In this document: in pieces, positions 46,561 to 56,717 of the stretch
How positions within the stretch are numbered: the stretch's first letter is position 1
Layout of the letters: the number at the start of each line of letters is the position of its first letter
Assembly: GCA_024697625.1 (NCBI GenBank)
Contig: JAILFJ010000181.1
Span: 22,500 to 86,499, forward strand
DNA: 64,000 nt
Reading direction: 5' to 3'
From: Oscillospiraceae bacterium
GTDB taxonomy: Bacteria; Bacillota; Clostridia; Oscillospirales; Oscillospiraceae
Translations under genes and position numbers: made by a program
Notes under the pieces: model-generated
Database searches by the model: none
Told to the model about the DNA's origin: nothing
The model's input: the letters and a program-made list of their open reading frames with translations, nothing else

Positions 46561-49250
46561 GGGTTCCCCCCCTGATTCTCCTCATCCTCCGGCAGAAACT
46601 CCAGGATTACTTCATCGTCATCGTTCTCGGGCACCCGGCCGTCCTCCGCAGCTACAGTCTGACGGATCGCCCGGATCAGGGATGCATACTGCGCCGCCGC
46701 ACTGCTGTGACCGCTTCGGATTTCTCCCTCCCGTCCCTCGTCCGCGGCTGCCTCCAGTTCTGCCTCTGCATCCGCCAGCGTCTCCGCTCCGATCATTCTG
46801 GACGTACTCTTGAGGGCGTGCGCCAGAATGCCGTAGGTTTTCCAGTCTCCGGCCCGGAGAGCGTCTTCCATACCCTGCATCTTCTCCGGGGTACTCTCGG
46901 CATATTCCCGCAGCAGGATCTCATAGACTTCCCGGCTGTCCTGGCTGAAGCGCAGGCCGACCTCTGGCTGGATTCCCGCGCTCCGCAGCGCCTCATAGCA
47001 GTCGCTTTCCGGTCTCTTCCCGGCTTCTGCGGCAGCGGTATCCACTGCCGGATCTTCGCTCCGTTTCGTCTTCAGCTTTTCGGCAGGCAGATAACGGATC
47101 AGCATCTGCTCCAGTGCGCGGCTGTCGATCGGCTTTGTCAGATAGTCCGTGAAGCCCTCCGCGAGATAGCGCTCCCTCGCTCCGCTGACCGCGTCGGCTG
47201 TGAGGCAGATAAAAGGCGTCTCACGGTTGGCGCCGTCCTCCTGTGCGCGGATGCGGCGCATGGCCTCGGTTCCGTCCATCTCCGGCATGCGCTGGTCCAT
47301 CAGGATCAGGTCATAGCGTACATCCCGGCAGAGTGCCAGGGCTTTTGCGCCGCTGTCGGCCGTATCGGTCTGAATCCCGGTCGCCTTCAGGAGATTGACG
47401 ACAACGATGATGTTCATACGGGTGTCATCCACAACCAGAATATGCGCATCCGGTGCATGGAAGGATTCGCGGTAGGCCGTGGTCTCCAGCATGCTCCGCT
47501 CAAACTTGTCGTGGAAGTCGCCCACCGGCTCTGAAGAGACGACCCGCTGGGGCAGGATGACGGTGAAGACGGAGCCCTCTCCGTAGACGCTTTCCGCCTC
47601 GATGCTGCCGCCCATCATATCCAGCAGGCTGCGGGTGATGGCAAGCCCCAGGCCGGTTCCTTCCACGGTGCTGTTTTTTTGGAGATCGACACGCTCGAAC
47701 TTCTCGAACAGCCGTCCCATATCCTCGGCGCGGATGCCGATGCCGGTGTCCTTTACCGTCACCTTCAGGCGGAGGCTGTCCCCCGTTTTTGGCGGAACAC
47801 CGTCTGCCGTGCCGACTGATAGATGCACGCTGCCTTCCTTCGTATATTTGACGGCATTCGTCAGAATGTTGGTGAAGATCTGCCGCACCCGCAGTTCGTC
47901 TCCGTGCAGGCCGTCCGGCAGGTCGGGGTCCACATCCACGTGAAAATCGATCCCCTTGTCCTGCGCCTTAAAGACGATCATGTTGCTGACATCGTTGAGT
48001 ACCGAGCTCAGCTTGTAATCCGCCTCCACAATGTCCAGTCTACCGGCCTCGATCTTTGAGAAGTCCAGAATGTCGTTGATGAGGGCGAGCAGGCTGTGAC
48101 CTGCGTTCCCGATGTTCCCGGCATAGCTTGAGATATCGCCGAAAACCCGCTTCGTCTCTTCCGTGCTCTCGGGCAGCTGCTCCCGCAGCGGGAGACTCTC
48201 CCGCAGGATCATCTCGTTCATGCCAAGGATCGCATTGATCGGAGTGCGGATCTCGTGGGACATATTGGCCAGAAAGTCGCTCTTTGCGGCGTTCGACTGT
48301 TCCGCGAGGGCCTTCTCCTGCCTCAGGATGTTCTGCTCCGCCTCCTTCTGCATCAGGCTGACGACCAGCATGATAGCGACAGAGAACACCACCAGAACCC
48401 ACGAGATGATAAACAGCACGACCGCAATGATCACATAGGGGTCCGCATCCCCGCCTCCCGCAAGCCCGGACCCGAGCACTGTGCGCATCCAGACCGCCAG
48501 AGCATAGCCGCCGACACAGCAGATGACAACCATCCCAATATAGATCGGCGGAAGAATGCGGCGCAGATGTTCAAACGTACTGTCCTCCGGCGAAATACCG
48601 TCTTCTGCGGACGGGTCGGTTTCCCGGCCGCTCTTCTGGACCGCGCGTACCAGAAAAAGCGGTATGGTGGCCGTGATGATCGCGGCATAGTAGTAAGGGT
48701 TGAGCCAATCGCTCGGCCAGCTGAAACACGAGGCCGTCCACATGACATATTCAAAGAAGATGTAAGCCAGCAGCGCCGCCGCCACAAGGGGCTTCCGGGC
48801 GCCGGCCGCGCGGTTCCTTCGGTAGATCAGGAGGCAGTTGAGGCTCAGGCAGGCCACGGCTGTGCAGAGCGCCCCCTCCCAGATATTGTTGAAGATCCCT
48901 CCGAACTGGTTGTACAGAAGCAGCTGAGCGAGGTTCAGGGGAATCGGCAGCAGTGCCAGCGGATGAAAAGAGCGCTCCCCCTTCTCCGCATGCACCCGGA
49001 GCGCCAGAAGGAGAAGCGCCGCATAGCTGATGTTCCAGCCGAAATAGGCAAGAAAAGACGAGAGATTCGGATCATCTCCCATCAGAAGGGTATACGCACC
49101 CCAGAAATAGCTGCTGAGAAGATTGCCGAGCAGAAAGATCAGCACATAGATCCACTCGCGGCACGGCCTTCTGACATGGTGCAGCAGTGCCAGCACCAGA
49201 CAGACGACGATCATCGCCAGCGTATAGAGATTCTCGATGTGTTCAAACAT
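46557..49250 (-). CDS. Hybrid sensor histidine kinase (polytopic membrane sensor, HisKA, HATPase_c, REC, Hpt)
   Basis: 897 aa. About 8 hydrophobic helices at the N-terminus, H-box SHEIRTPINAILGMNEM, DTGIGI and GTGLGLAI, receiver ILVVDDTRMN...LMDQRMPEMDG, Hpt HALKSTSRMIGA. Confidence 0.9.
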   Translation of the reverse strand: MFEHIENLYTLAMIVVCLVLALLHHVRRPCREWIYVLIFLLGNLLSSYFWGAYTLLMGDDPNLSSFLAYFGWNISYAALLLLALRVHAEKGERSFHPLALLPIPLNLAQLLLYNQFGGIFNNIWEGALCTAVACLSLNCLLIYRRNRAAGARKPLVAAALLAYIFFEYVMWTASCFSWPSDWLNPYYYAAIITATIPLFLVRAVQKSGRETDPSAEDGISPEDSTFEHLRRILPPIYIGMVVICCVGGYALAVWMRTVLGSGLAGGGDADPYVIIAVVLFIISWVLVVFSVAIMLVVSLMQKEAEQNILRQEKALAEQSNAAKSDFLANMSHEIRTPINAILGMNEMILRESLPLREQLPESTEETKRVFGDISSYAGNIGNAGHSLLALINDILDFSKIEAGRLDIVEADYKLSSVLNDVSNMIVFKAQDKGIDFHVDVDPDLPDGLHGDELRVRQIFTNILTNAVKYTKEGSVHLSVGTADGVPPKTGDSLRLKVTVKDTGIGIRAEDMGRLFEKFERVDLQKNSTVEGTGLGLAITRSLLDMMGGSIEAESVYGEGSVFTVILPQRVVSSEPVGDFHDKFERSMLETTAYRESFHAPDAHILVVDDTRMNIIVVVNLLKATGIQTDTADSGAKALALCRDVRYDLILMDQRMPEMDGTEAMRRIRAQEDGANRETPFICLTADAVSGARERYLAEGFTDYLTKPIDSRALEQMLIRYLPAEKLKTKRSEDPAVDTAAAEAGKRPESDCYEALRSAGIQPEVGLRFSQDSREVYEILLREYAESTPEKMQGMEDALRAGDWKTYGILAHALKSTSRMIGAETLADAEAELEAAADEGREGEIRSGHSSAAAQYASLIRAIRQTVAAEDGRVPENDDDEVILEFLPEDEENQGGNP

Positions 49251-49264
49251 CCCGCTTCTCCCTC

Positions 49265-50281
49265 TTACAGCTCTCTCAGCTTATACTCCGGATCCTCCGC
49301 CATGATCTCCAGCATGATATCGGCAAACACGGGGTCGAACTGGCTCCCCTTCCCGTTCTCGATCTCTCTGCGTACGGTCTCCTGCGGCAGGATGTCGCGG
49401 TAGCTGCGGCGGCTGGTCATGGCGTCATAGGCATCCGCCACCGCAATGATCCGGGCCTCCTCCAGGATCTCCTTCCCGGCAAGCCCGTCGGGATAGCCGC
49501 TGCCGTCGTAGCGCTCGTGATGCCATCGGGCGCCGACGGCAAGCTCCGGCATCTCCTTGATCTTTTTCAGGATCCTGTCGCCGAGCACCGGATGCTTTTT
49601 GATCTGCTCGTATTCCTCATCGGTCAGTCTCGACGTTTTGTTGATGATCGTGTCCGAGACGCCGATCTTTCCGACGTCATGCAGCAGCCCCATCATGTAG
49701 ATGTCATCCTGGTGTTTCTCGGTATAGCCGTAGCGCCTGGCGATCTCTCTGGAGTACTCTGCCACCCGTCCGGAATGGCCGTTTGTATAGGTATCCTTTG
49801 CGTCGATCGCCTCTGCAAGGGTCTGCACGACGTGGAGGGACAGAGTCTCGTTCTCCTTTGTCTTCCGCTCGACCTCGGCGGCAAGGTTGCGCTGCAGCCG
49901 CACCAGCTCGATGGTATGCCGGACCCGGAGCACCAGGACCTCCGGGACAAAGGGCTTCTTGATGAAGTCCATCGCTCCGAGCTGCAGACCTCTCGCCTCA
50001 GAGCCCTGCTTGTCGTCTCCGGTCAGAAAGATCACGGGGATGTCGGCCGCGAGGGAATTCTCCGCCCGCAGCTGTGCCAGCGTCTCAAAGCCGTCCAGTC
50101 CGGGCATCTTGATGTCCAGCAGGATCAGATCCGGATGGTTGGTCTTGACATATTCGATCAGCGCCGTTCCGGACTTCAGAGCAGTCACGCGCATGCTGTG
50201 CTTGCTCAGAATCATCCCGGCCATCTTCAGATTTGTTACATCGTCATCGACGACTGTGATCCAGTCCATTGCATCCTCCAC
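49265..50281 (-). CDS. Response regulator with HD-GYP (c-di-GMP phosphodiesterase-type) output domain
   Basis: REC (ITVVDDD...LLDIKMPGLDG) followed by HD-GYP motifs HSGRVAEY, LLHDVGKIGV and HHERYDGSGYPDGL. Confidence 0.88.
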   Translation of the reverse strand: MEDAMDWITVVDDDVTNLKMAGMILSKHSMRVTALKSGTALIEYVKTNHPDLILLDIKMPGLDGFETLAQLRAENSLAADIPVIFLTGDDKQGSEARGLQLGAMDFIKKPFVPEVLVLRVRHTIELVRLQRNLAAEVERKTKENETLSLHVVQTLAEAIDAKDTYTNGHSGRVAEYSREIARRYGYTEKHQDDIYMMGLLHDVGKIGVSDTIINKTSRLTDEEYEQIKKHPVLGDRILKKIKEMPELAVGARWHHERYDGSGYPDGLAGKEILEEARIIAVADAYDAMTSRRSYRDILPQETVRREIENGKGSQFDPVFADIMLEIMAEDPEYKLREL

Positions 50282-50289
50282 AGATAAAA

Positions 50290-51114
50290 TCAGTCCGCGA
50301 CCCGATAGACATCCTCACGCAGATGAAGGAAGGTAGGCAGCTGGGCCCGTACCTCCGCCACGCGTCCGGGGTCGATCTCCGCCAGCAGGAGCTGTTCCTT
50401 CTCATCCGCTGCGGCGAGCGGCGTCCCGAAGGGATCCAGAATCATCGAGTGTCCCCAGCATTCGTAAGAGAATCCCTCATATCTCGCAGCCGCTGCCCCG
50501 ACAAAGAAAACCTCGTTGTCCGTGGCCCGCATGCGGAGGCTCATCTCCCAGTGCGCCGGACCGGTCGTCATGTTGAACTGCGCCGGCAGGCAGATGAGCT
50601 CCGCCCCCCGCCGCGCCATCGCCCGGAAGAGCTCCGGAAAACGCACGTCAAAACAGACTGCCGCACCCATCCGGCCGAAGTCCGTGTCGAAGACCGTGAT
50701 GTCCGTGCCGGGCGTGAAGGTGTGTGATTCGTGAAACCGCATCCCGGGCAGATCTACGTCAAAGAGATGGATCTTCCGATGCCTGGCGATCTGGCGCCCT
50801 TCCGCGTCAAAGACAAAGCAGCTGTTGTAAAGCCGGTCTCCCTCCGTCTCAGGCACTGAGCCGCCTACCAGCAGCAGACGGTTCGCCTTCGCCCAGTCGG
50901 ACATCCGGTTCCAGGTGTCCTGATGGCCGCGGGAGGCAAACTCCCGGAAGTATTGACGGTCGTACGGGCACGAGAACATCTCCGGCAGCACCGCAACGTC
51001 CGCCCCCGAATCGGCCGCCTCACGGAGCATCCGCTCCGCCTTCTCCATCGTCTCCTCATACACGGTTTCCGTCCGGAGCTGGCAGACGGCAAGAGTGAAC
51101 TTTTTGTCCGACAT
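50290..51114 (-). CDS. Carbon-nitrogen hydrolase (nitrilase superfamily, omega-amidase-like)
   Basis: GAGGAGGA precedes ATG 51114 (MSDKKFTLAVCQL...). Glu-Lys-Cys pattern: VAVLPEMF, RKIHLFD, AAVCFDVRFPE. The stop is 9 nt before the HD-GYP regulator start. Confidence 0.8.
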   Translation of the reverse strand: MSDKKFTLAVCQLRTETVYEETMEKAERMLREAADSGADVAVLPEMFSCPYDRQYFREFASRGHQDTWNRMSDWAKANRLLLVGGSVPETEGDRLYNSCFVFDAEGRQIARHRKIHLFDVDLPGMRFHESHTFTPGTDITVFDTDFGRMGAAVCFDVRFPELFRAMARRGAELICLPAQFNMTTGPAHWEMSLRMRATDNEVFFVGAAAARYEGFSYECWGHSMILDPFGTPLAAADEKEQLLLAEIDPGRVAEVRAQLPTFLHLREDVYRVAD

Positions 51115-51248
51115 CAGGTTTCCTCCTCTTCTCTGCCCAGATGAACCGGTGCGCATGACGGTATGGCAGTCCGTCTCTGCTGTGTGACAGTTGCAGCATA
51201 TTTGTATCAGTATATCTCATTCCGTGTCCGGACGCAATGAAAAAATTC

Positions 51249-51277
51249 TTGACCTCGGTCGGTATTTGCGGTATAGA
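51249..51277 (+). promoter_or_regulatory. Candidate promoter of the EamA transporter gene
   Basis: TTGACC (51249-51254), 17 nt, TATAGA (51272-51277). Confidence 0.4.
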
Positions 51278-51313
51278 TACTTCCATCCTCATTCTCCGAA
51301 AGCGAGTTCCGAT

Positions 51314-52165
51314 ATGAAAAAAGAAACCGCCGGCATTCTTCAGATGATTCTCTGTGCCATGCTCTGGAGCATTGCAGGGATCTTTATCAAGCTGCTCCCC
51401 TGGAACGGCTTTGCCGTGGCAAGTCTGCGCAGCCTTCTGGCCGGCCTGACCATCGCGGTTTATATGATGATCCGGCGTTACCCCTTCTGCCTGAACCGGC
51501 ACACCCTGATCTCCGGCGTGCTGGCCGGCAGCGTCTACGTCTGCTTTGCCACGGCAAACAAGCTGACCACTGCCGCCAATGCCATTGTCCTGCAGTTCAC
51601 TGCCCCCGTGTTTATCGTGGTGTTTTCGGCGATTCTGTATAAGACAAGGATCCGCAGGGGCGATCTCGCAGTCGTACTCATCGTCCTCGCAGGGATCACG
51701 CTGTTCTTTTTCGATCAGCTCGGGCCATCCTCGGTGCTCGGCAACTTTGTCGCCATCGCCGCGGGGATGTTCATGGCCGGCATGTACATGACCATCGACC
51801 GGCTGGAACAGACCGAGCGCTTCAGTGCCATCGTCATCGGTCAGGCTTTTGCCTTTCTGGTCGGGCTGCCGGCAGTGATTGCAACACATCCGGTGCTCAG
51901 CACGGTCACCGTGCTCAGTATTCTGGCTCTGGGGATCTTTCAGCTCGGGATCTCGTATGTTCTCTACGTCCGGGCCTCGGAGAACTGTCCCGCTCTCGCC
52001 TGCTCGCTTCTGGGCGCGGTCGAGCCGCTGCTGAACCCGATCTGGGTTATGCTCTTCGATGGTGAGAAGCCGGGTATCTTCGCCCTTCTCGGCGGAGTCG
52101 TCGTCATCACCGCCGTCACCGCCTGGTGCATCTGGGACGGGAAGCAGAAGGCACAGCCTGCCTGA
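51314..52165 (+). CDS. DMT-superfamily (EamA-like) transporter
   Basis: ATG 51314 (MKKETAGILQMILCAMLWSIAGIFIKLL...). About 10 hydrophobic helices in two EamA-like halves. Confidence 0.75.
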   Translation: MKKETAGILQMILCAMLWSIAGIFIKLLPWNGFAVASLRSLLAGLTIAVYMMIRRYPFCLNRHTLISGVLAGSVYVCFATANKLTTAANAIVLQFTAPVFIVVFSAILYKTRIRRGDLAVVLIVLAGITLFFFDQLGPSSVLGNFVAIAAGMFMAGMYMTIDRLEQTERFSAIVIGQAFAFLVGLPAVIATHPVLSTVTVLSILALGIFQLGISYVLYVRASENCPALACSLLGAVEPLLNPIWVMLFDGEKPGIFALLGGVVVITAVTAWCIWDGKQKAQPA

Positions 52166-52251
52166 CCGGAAGCGCATTACTGAGGACAGAGCGGACACGC
52201 TGCAGACTCAGCCGCTCGAACGCGCAGGATCCCCGCCTGACCGGAAAACCG

Positions 52252-52293
52252 AACCCGGCAGTCTCCTCTCCGGTCGGGAGGGACTGCCGGGTT
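52252..52293. terminator. Bidirectional terminator between convergent EamA and ketopantoate-reductase-like genes
   Basis: aacccggcagtc (52252-52263) pairs perfectly with gactgccgggtt (52282-52293). It is A-rich upstream and T-containing downstream. Confidence 0.65.
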
Positions 52294-52313
52294 TGCTTAA
52301 ACTGGGTTCCGGA

Positions 52314-53297
52314 TCAGAACTGTCTGTCGTAGTTGTCCTGAATGGCGCGGACGATGGTGGAAAGAACGTCACAGGTGGGAGTGGGAATGCCCAGCTCCTT
52401 GCCGTACTCGGCGATCTTGCCGTTCAGAACGTCGATCTCGGTCTGGCGCTTGTTGAAGGCGTCCTGGCACATAGACGGATAGTAGTCTCCGACGTTGGTG
52501 ACAATGTCGTTGTGGTCGTGGGCGATGAACTCGTCCGCATCCAGAGCGGTGCCGCGGGCTGTGGCGACGGCGCAGGCCTCGCGGATGACGTCGTGGAACA
52601 GCTTCTGGCCGGCGGGATGCGCCTCGACCTCGCCGATCTTCAGGCGGAGGACATAGCAGACGGTGTTCACGGTGGAGTTGACGATGACTTTCTTCCAGAT
52701 GAACTTGTAGATGTCGTCCTTGCGCCAGTAGGCGTCACAGCCGCCGTCGCGGTAGCACTTGAGCATCTCTTCGCAGACCGCGTCGGTGCGCTCGTTGCGC
52801 TCGATGCCGCCGAAGTTCATCTGCACGCCGCCGGCCGGGGTGGAGACACAGTGGCCGGGTCCCTTCAGAGCGGTGCCCAGAACACCGGAGCCGATGACAC
52901 AGCGTCCCTTCGGATAGAACTTCAGGAGGTTGTCGTCATTGCCGAGGCCGTTGATCAGGGAGACAGCAACAGTGTTGTCATCGACGACCGGCTGAGAATC
53001 CTGGATCGCCTGGACCAGCTGGGTGGCCTTGGTCATGTAGATGATGGCATCGACCTTGCCCTCAGCCTCGAAAGCGGCCTCAGCGGAGGTATAGGTACGG
53101 AAGCCGGGCAGAACCTTGGTGATGTCGTGATACTCGCCGCCCTCCTGCAGGTGGATCGTGAAGGTCATGCCGTCCTCGGCAATCTTCTTCATATGCGCCT
53201 CATAGCGGTCGATGAGGATGATATCCGCACCGCCGTTGCGGAGGTAGGAAGCAAAAACGCTGCCGGCTGCGCCGGATCCGTACATTGCGAATTTCAT
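52314..53297 (-). CDS. Ketopantoate reductase (PanE/ApbA) family oxidoreductase
   Basis: 327 aa. N-terminal Rossmann motif MKFAMYGSGAAGSVFASYL. Length and layout fit the ApbA/PanE family. The exact substrate is unknown. Confidence 0.6.
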   Translation of the reverse strand: MKFAMYGSGAAGSVFASYLRNGGADIILIDRYEAHMKKIAEDGMTFTIHLQEGGEYHDITKVLPGFRTYTSAEAAFEAEGKVDAIIYMTKATQLVQAIQDSQPVVDDNTVAVSLINGLGNDDNLLKFYPKGRCVIGSGVLGTALKGPGHCVSTPAGGVQMNFGGIERNERTDAVCEEMLKCYRDGGCDAYWRKDDIYKFIWKKVIVNSTVNTVCYVLRLKIGEVEAHPAGQKLFHDVIREACAVATARGTALDADEFIAHDHNDIVTNVGDYYPSMCQDAFNKRQTEIDVLNGKIAEYGKELGIPTPTCDVLSTIVRAIQDNYDRQF

Positions 53298-53424
53298 GGG
53301 AATCGTCTCCTTTGTCTCTAATAAAAATAGCGCCGGTATTGTACCGCAGAACGCGGAAAAAGTACAGGTCTTTTCTAAAGTATCACAAGTTCTTTCGGAC
53401 TCGTGATACTGTTTTGCTGCAGAA

Positions 53425-54636
53425 TCAGGCTTTTTTGCCTTCGGCCTGGAGCTTTTTGATCTTGGGGATGCCCCAGATGAAAGCGGGGATCACGACGAAG
53501 ATCAGCGCGTAGTAGCCATCGTATCCGTAGAGCTTGGTGGTGATGGTGGTGAGGCCCAGCAGAGAGATGGAGAAGCAGATCGCGATGGCGATGCCCGCGA
53601 CCAGGATGCTGCGGAGCTTCTCGCTCTTGATGACGCTCGGGAAGAGCTTGCCCTGGAAACGCTGCACCATTGTGTAGATCAGGGTGACGCAGGTGGACAC
53701 AAAGGCGCAGAACAGCAGGATCGAGAAGAAGGCCAGCAGCCACTTGAGCCCGATGATGGTCAGGACCGTCTGATTCGGGATGTTGGTTGCGGTCAGGAAG
53801 CCTTCGATCTGGGCGGTCTGCAGACCCTGGAGCATGGGATACCACTTTGCCAGCATATAGCCGGAGAGGGACAGCGCAAAGCCGTTCATGATCCAGCCGA
53901 GGATGCAGGCGCGCTTGGTGCCGGTGGTGCCCATGTCGCCGGAGGCAGCGATCATCGGAGGAATCGAGACGCACTGGAACGCGGCATACACAAAGATGGC
54001 CCGGAACGGCGCCCAGTTCAGGAAGCCGCCTGAGAACTGATTGGAATACGTGGCCGCTTCCGCGCCGTACTCCTGAAGCATTCTCACCGCGTCGCCGTCC
54101 TTCGCGGCGACGAGGCCAGCCACGACGACCAGCCCGGTGCTGATCATGATCAGGATGGACAGAACCGTGGAAGCCGCGACAACGACCTTGACACCGAAGA
54201 TGCAGAGCAGGATCAGGATCGCGACGATGATCAGATTCATGATGATCTTGGTTGTGCCGACGTAGTCGATCCCGAGGAAGTTTGCCAGCGTATTGCCGGC
54301 GCCTGCGACTGCGGCAGCGACGGCGGCCAGAATGATGACGATGTAGAAGATCTCAAAGAAGACCTCCATCCAGGGCTGGGGATAGAGTGCGGAATAGGTG
54401 TCCTTGTAGTTCGTGAAGCCGTTGAGGCGGGCGAACTTCAGCATAATGTGCATGATGACTGCAAGCAGGCCCATCGCAAGCAGGGGATAAACCAGCGCGG
54501 CCACGGGGCCGAACTTGGCAAAATAGCCGATGACCTGGTTACCGGAGGCAAATCCGCCGCCGACATGGGTGCCGAACCATACAGATGCAACTGTAAAGCC
54601 GATGGCCCATGAGTTTTTCAGAGATTTGTTGTCCAT
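53425..54636 (-). CDS. Polytopic membrane transporter, YkvI-like (APC-superfamily-like)
   Basis: GGAGGG precedes ATG 54636 (MDNKSLKNSWAIGFTVASVWFGTHVGGGFASGNQ...). About 11-12 hydrophobic helices. The family assignment is tentative. Confidence 0.5.
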   Translation of the reverse strand: MDNKSLKNSWAIGFTVASVWFGTHVGGGFASGNQVIGYFAKFGPVAALVYPLLAMGLLAVIMHIMLKFARLNGFTNYKDTYSALYPQPWMEVFFEIFYIVIILAAVAAAVAGAGNTLANFLGIDYVGTTKIIMNLIIVAILILLCIFGVKVVVAASTVLSILIMISTGLVVVAGLVAAKDGDAVRMLQEYGAEAATYSNQFSGGFLNWAPFRAIFVYAAFQCVSIPPMIAASGDMGTTGTKRACILGWIMNGFALSLSGYMLAKWYPMLQGLQTAQIEGFLTATNIPNQTVLTIIGLKWLLAFFSILLFCAFVSTCVTLIYTMVQRFQGKLFPSVIKSEKLRSILVAGIAIAICFSISLLGLTTITTKLYGYDGYYALIFVVIPAFIWGIPKIKKLQAEGKKA

Positions 54637-54753
54637 AAAATCCCTCCTGTAAGAATCTGCTTTATCGGCGTTTCGATTCCGATAAAGTGTTCCATAATTT
54701 ATCATGCTTTTTTGAATCATGCAACATTTTTATTCATATTTTTTTAAGTTTTT

Positions 54754-55434
54754 TCACCAGACCCTCTTCAGAGCCCAGAGCAGCAGCAGATGCGCCGGAT
54801 AGAACACAAAGAAAAACCACTTGTGAAAGGGATGCCTGCTCCCGCTCTCTCCGTTGTAGCAGCCCCTCAGCAGGAAGGGTACTGCCAGAATGCCGGTCTG
54901 AAAGAGTGCGGTTCGTCCCTCGGTGACAAGCAGCCCCGCGATTTTCGCCGCTGCAACGGCGTAATATGCCCGCCACTTTCTGTCCTCATCCTCCCGGAAA
55001 ATAAAGAAGAACAGCGGCCACAGCACACCGGATACCGCCCAGTCCCCCGGCAGGGAGAGCAGGGAGAGCAGTACTGTCACCGCCGTCTTCGCGGAATACG
55101 GCCAGTCGCAGTGATCCCAGAAAGCGATTCCCAGAAGCCCGATCAGCAGCGTATAGATCACCCCGAAGTGCATCGTCGGCCATCGCCCGGTCTCAAACAG
55201 CGAAAAGGGGATCCATGAAATGAGCGCAAAAATACCGAGCCGCAGGGCATATCGTTTCACGCTGCGGGTATGGAGATAGCCCTCCGCCAGAAAAAAAGCC
55301 ATGGCAGGCCCGGTGAGCCTGCCTGCAAAATGTATGAGCTGTGCGGCGATGCTGTCCGTCGGCATGAAAGCCCACGCGATGTGGTCGGCCAGCATGGCCA
55401 GCGCGGCAAGGTACTTGATCTGATTCCGGTTCAT
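54754..55434 (-). CDS. TraX-family membrane protein
   Basis: MNRNQIKYLAALAMLADHIAWAF... matches the TraX N-terminal LK.IA...M..DH motif. Multi-pass membrane protein. The start overlaps the mtaB stop (ATGA at 55431-55434). Confidence 0.6.
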   Translation of the reverse strand: MNRNQIKYLAALAMLADHIAWAFMPTDSIAAQLIHFAGRLTGPAMAFFLAEGYLHTRSVKRYALRLGIFALISWIPFSLFETGRWPTMHFGVIYTLLIGLLGIAFWDHCDWPYSAKTAVTVLLSLLSLPGDWAVSGVLWPLFFFIFREDEDRKWRAYYAVAAAKIAGLLVTEGRTALFQTGILAVPFLLRGCYNGESGSRHPFHKWFFFVFYPAHLLLLWALKRVW

Positions 55435-56717
55435 GATTCCAGAATGCCGGTCAGGCCGTCTTCCTCCGTACCCAGGATTCTGACGCTTCTGAGCTGTCCG
55501 CGGAGACCTCGCTCCGGGACCCGTACCGGGAGATAGGTATCGCTGTGTCCCACCGAGCCCTCCTCTCCGCTCTCAAACAGCACCGGAAGGCTGCGTCCCA
55601 CGGAGGCCTCCCGAAAAGCCCTTCCCGTCTCCAGCGAGACCTCTTTGGCCTCATGTGCCCGGCGGTTCTTCACCGCGGCGGTCAGCTGATCCGGCATCCG
55701 GTCGGCCGGTGTACCCGGGCGCCGGGAATAGGGAAAGACGTGGAGCTCCGAGAACCCGCAGCGCCGTATGAACCGAAGCGTCTCAAGGTGGTCCTCCTCC
55801 GTCTCGCCGGGGAACCCGGCAATCAGGTCTCCCGTGAGCGCACAGCCCGGGAAGTACCGTCTCAGAAGTTCGGTCGTATGCAGGAAGAAGGCCGTGTCAT
55901 ATTTCCGGTTCATGCGTTTCAGGGTCCGGTCGCAGCCGGACTGCAGGGAAAGATGGAAGTGTCGGCAGACCTTCCCCGTCTCCGCAAGAGCGCGGCAGAA
56001 GTTCTCCGTGATCACCGTCGGCTCCAGTGAACCCAGACGGAGCCTCATCCCGCCCGACTCGGCCGCCACAGCGCGGATCAGATCTGCAAGCCCCGGCTGT
56101 TCCGGGAGATCAACCCCGTAGGATGCGATCTCGATCCCGGTCAGCACCAGCTCGAGGAAGCCCTCATCCCGCAGCCTGCGGGTCTCGGAAACAGCTTCGT
56201 CAACGGGCATGCTGCGGAGGCTTCCGCGCACGTAGGGGATAATGCAGTACGTGCAGAAGTTGCGGCAGCCGTCCTGTATCTTCAGCATCGCCCGGGTCCT
56301 TGCGGAGACTGCTCCTCCCGGCAGGGGCTCCAGCGTCGTCCGGGAGAACGGCCTGTCGACAGACCGGATATGCTCCCCTGCCTCCACCGCACGCTCCACG
56401 GCCTCGACAAAGGCCATCCGGTCGTCAGAGCCGAAGATCACCTCCGCGCCGATCTCCTCGTTTTCGTCCGGGCTCAGCTGGGCATAACAGCCGCAGACAG
56501 CGATCACCGCCCCGGGATTTTCCTTTTTCAGGCGGCGGATGGTCTGGCGGGACTTTCTCCCGCTCTCGGCCGTCACTGCGCAGGTATTCACGATCACCGC
56601 GTCCGCTGTCTCTCCGGGGCTCACCGGAAGATGACCGTCCTGCAGCAGACGGCTCTCCATAGCCTGCGTCTCGAACTGGTTGACCTTACAGCCCAGCGTT
56701 GCGATCAGATACTTCAT
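55431..56717 (-). CDS. mtaB: tRNA (t6A37) methylthiotransferase MtaB (radical SAM)
   Basis: MKYLIATLGCKVNQFETQ... (UPF0004 domain), radical SAM motif CRNFCTYCIIPYVRG, C-terminal TRAM-like region. Confidence 0.85.
   Translation of the reverse strand: MKYLIATLGCKVNQFETQAMESRLLQDGHLPVSPGETADAVIVNTCAVTAESGRKSRQTIRRLKKENPGAVIAVCGCYAQLSPDENEEIGAEVIFGSDDRMAFVEAVERAVEAGEHIRSVDRPFSRTTLEPLPGGAVSARTRAMLKIQDGCRNFCTYCIIPYVRGSLRSMPVDEAVSETRRLRDEGFLELVLTGIEIASYGVDLPEQPGLADLIRAVAAESGGMRLRLGSLEPTVITENFCRALAETGKVCRHFHLSLQSGCDRTLKRMNRKYDTAFFLHTTELLRRYFPGCALTGDLIAGFPGETEEDHLETLRFIRRCGFSELHVFPYSRRPGTPADRMPDQLTAAVKNRRAHEAKEVSLETGRAFREASVGRSLPVLFESGEEGSVGHSDTYLPVRVPERGLRGQLRSVRILGTEEDGLTGILES

Noticed and set aside
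51056-52198. Large minus-strand ORFs opposite EamA (51056-52198), pgi (58580-59698) and trpB2 (60936-62387).
   Set aside because: They are shadow frames with low-complexity Gly/Arg/Asp-rich translations, overlapped by well-supported genes on the plus strand.
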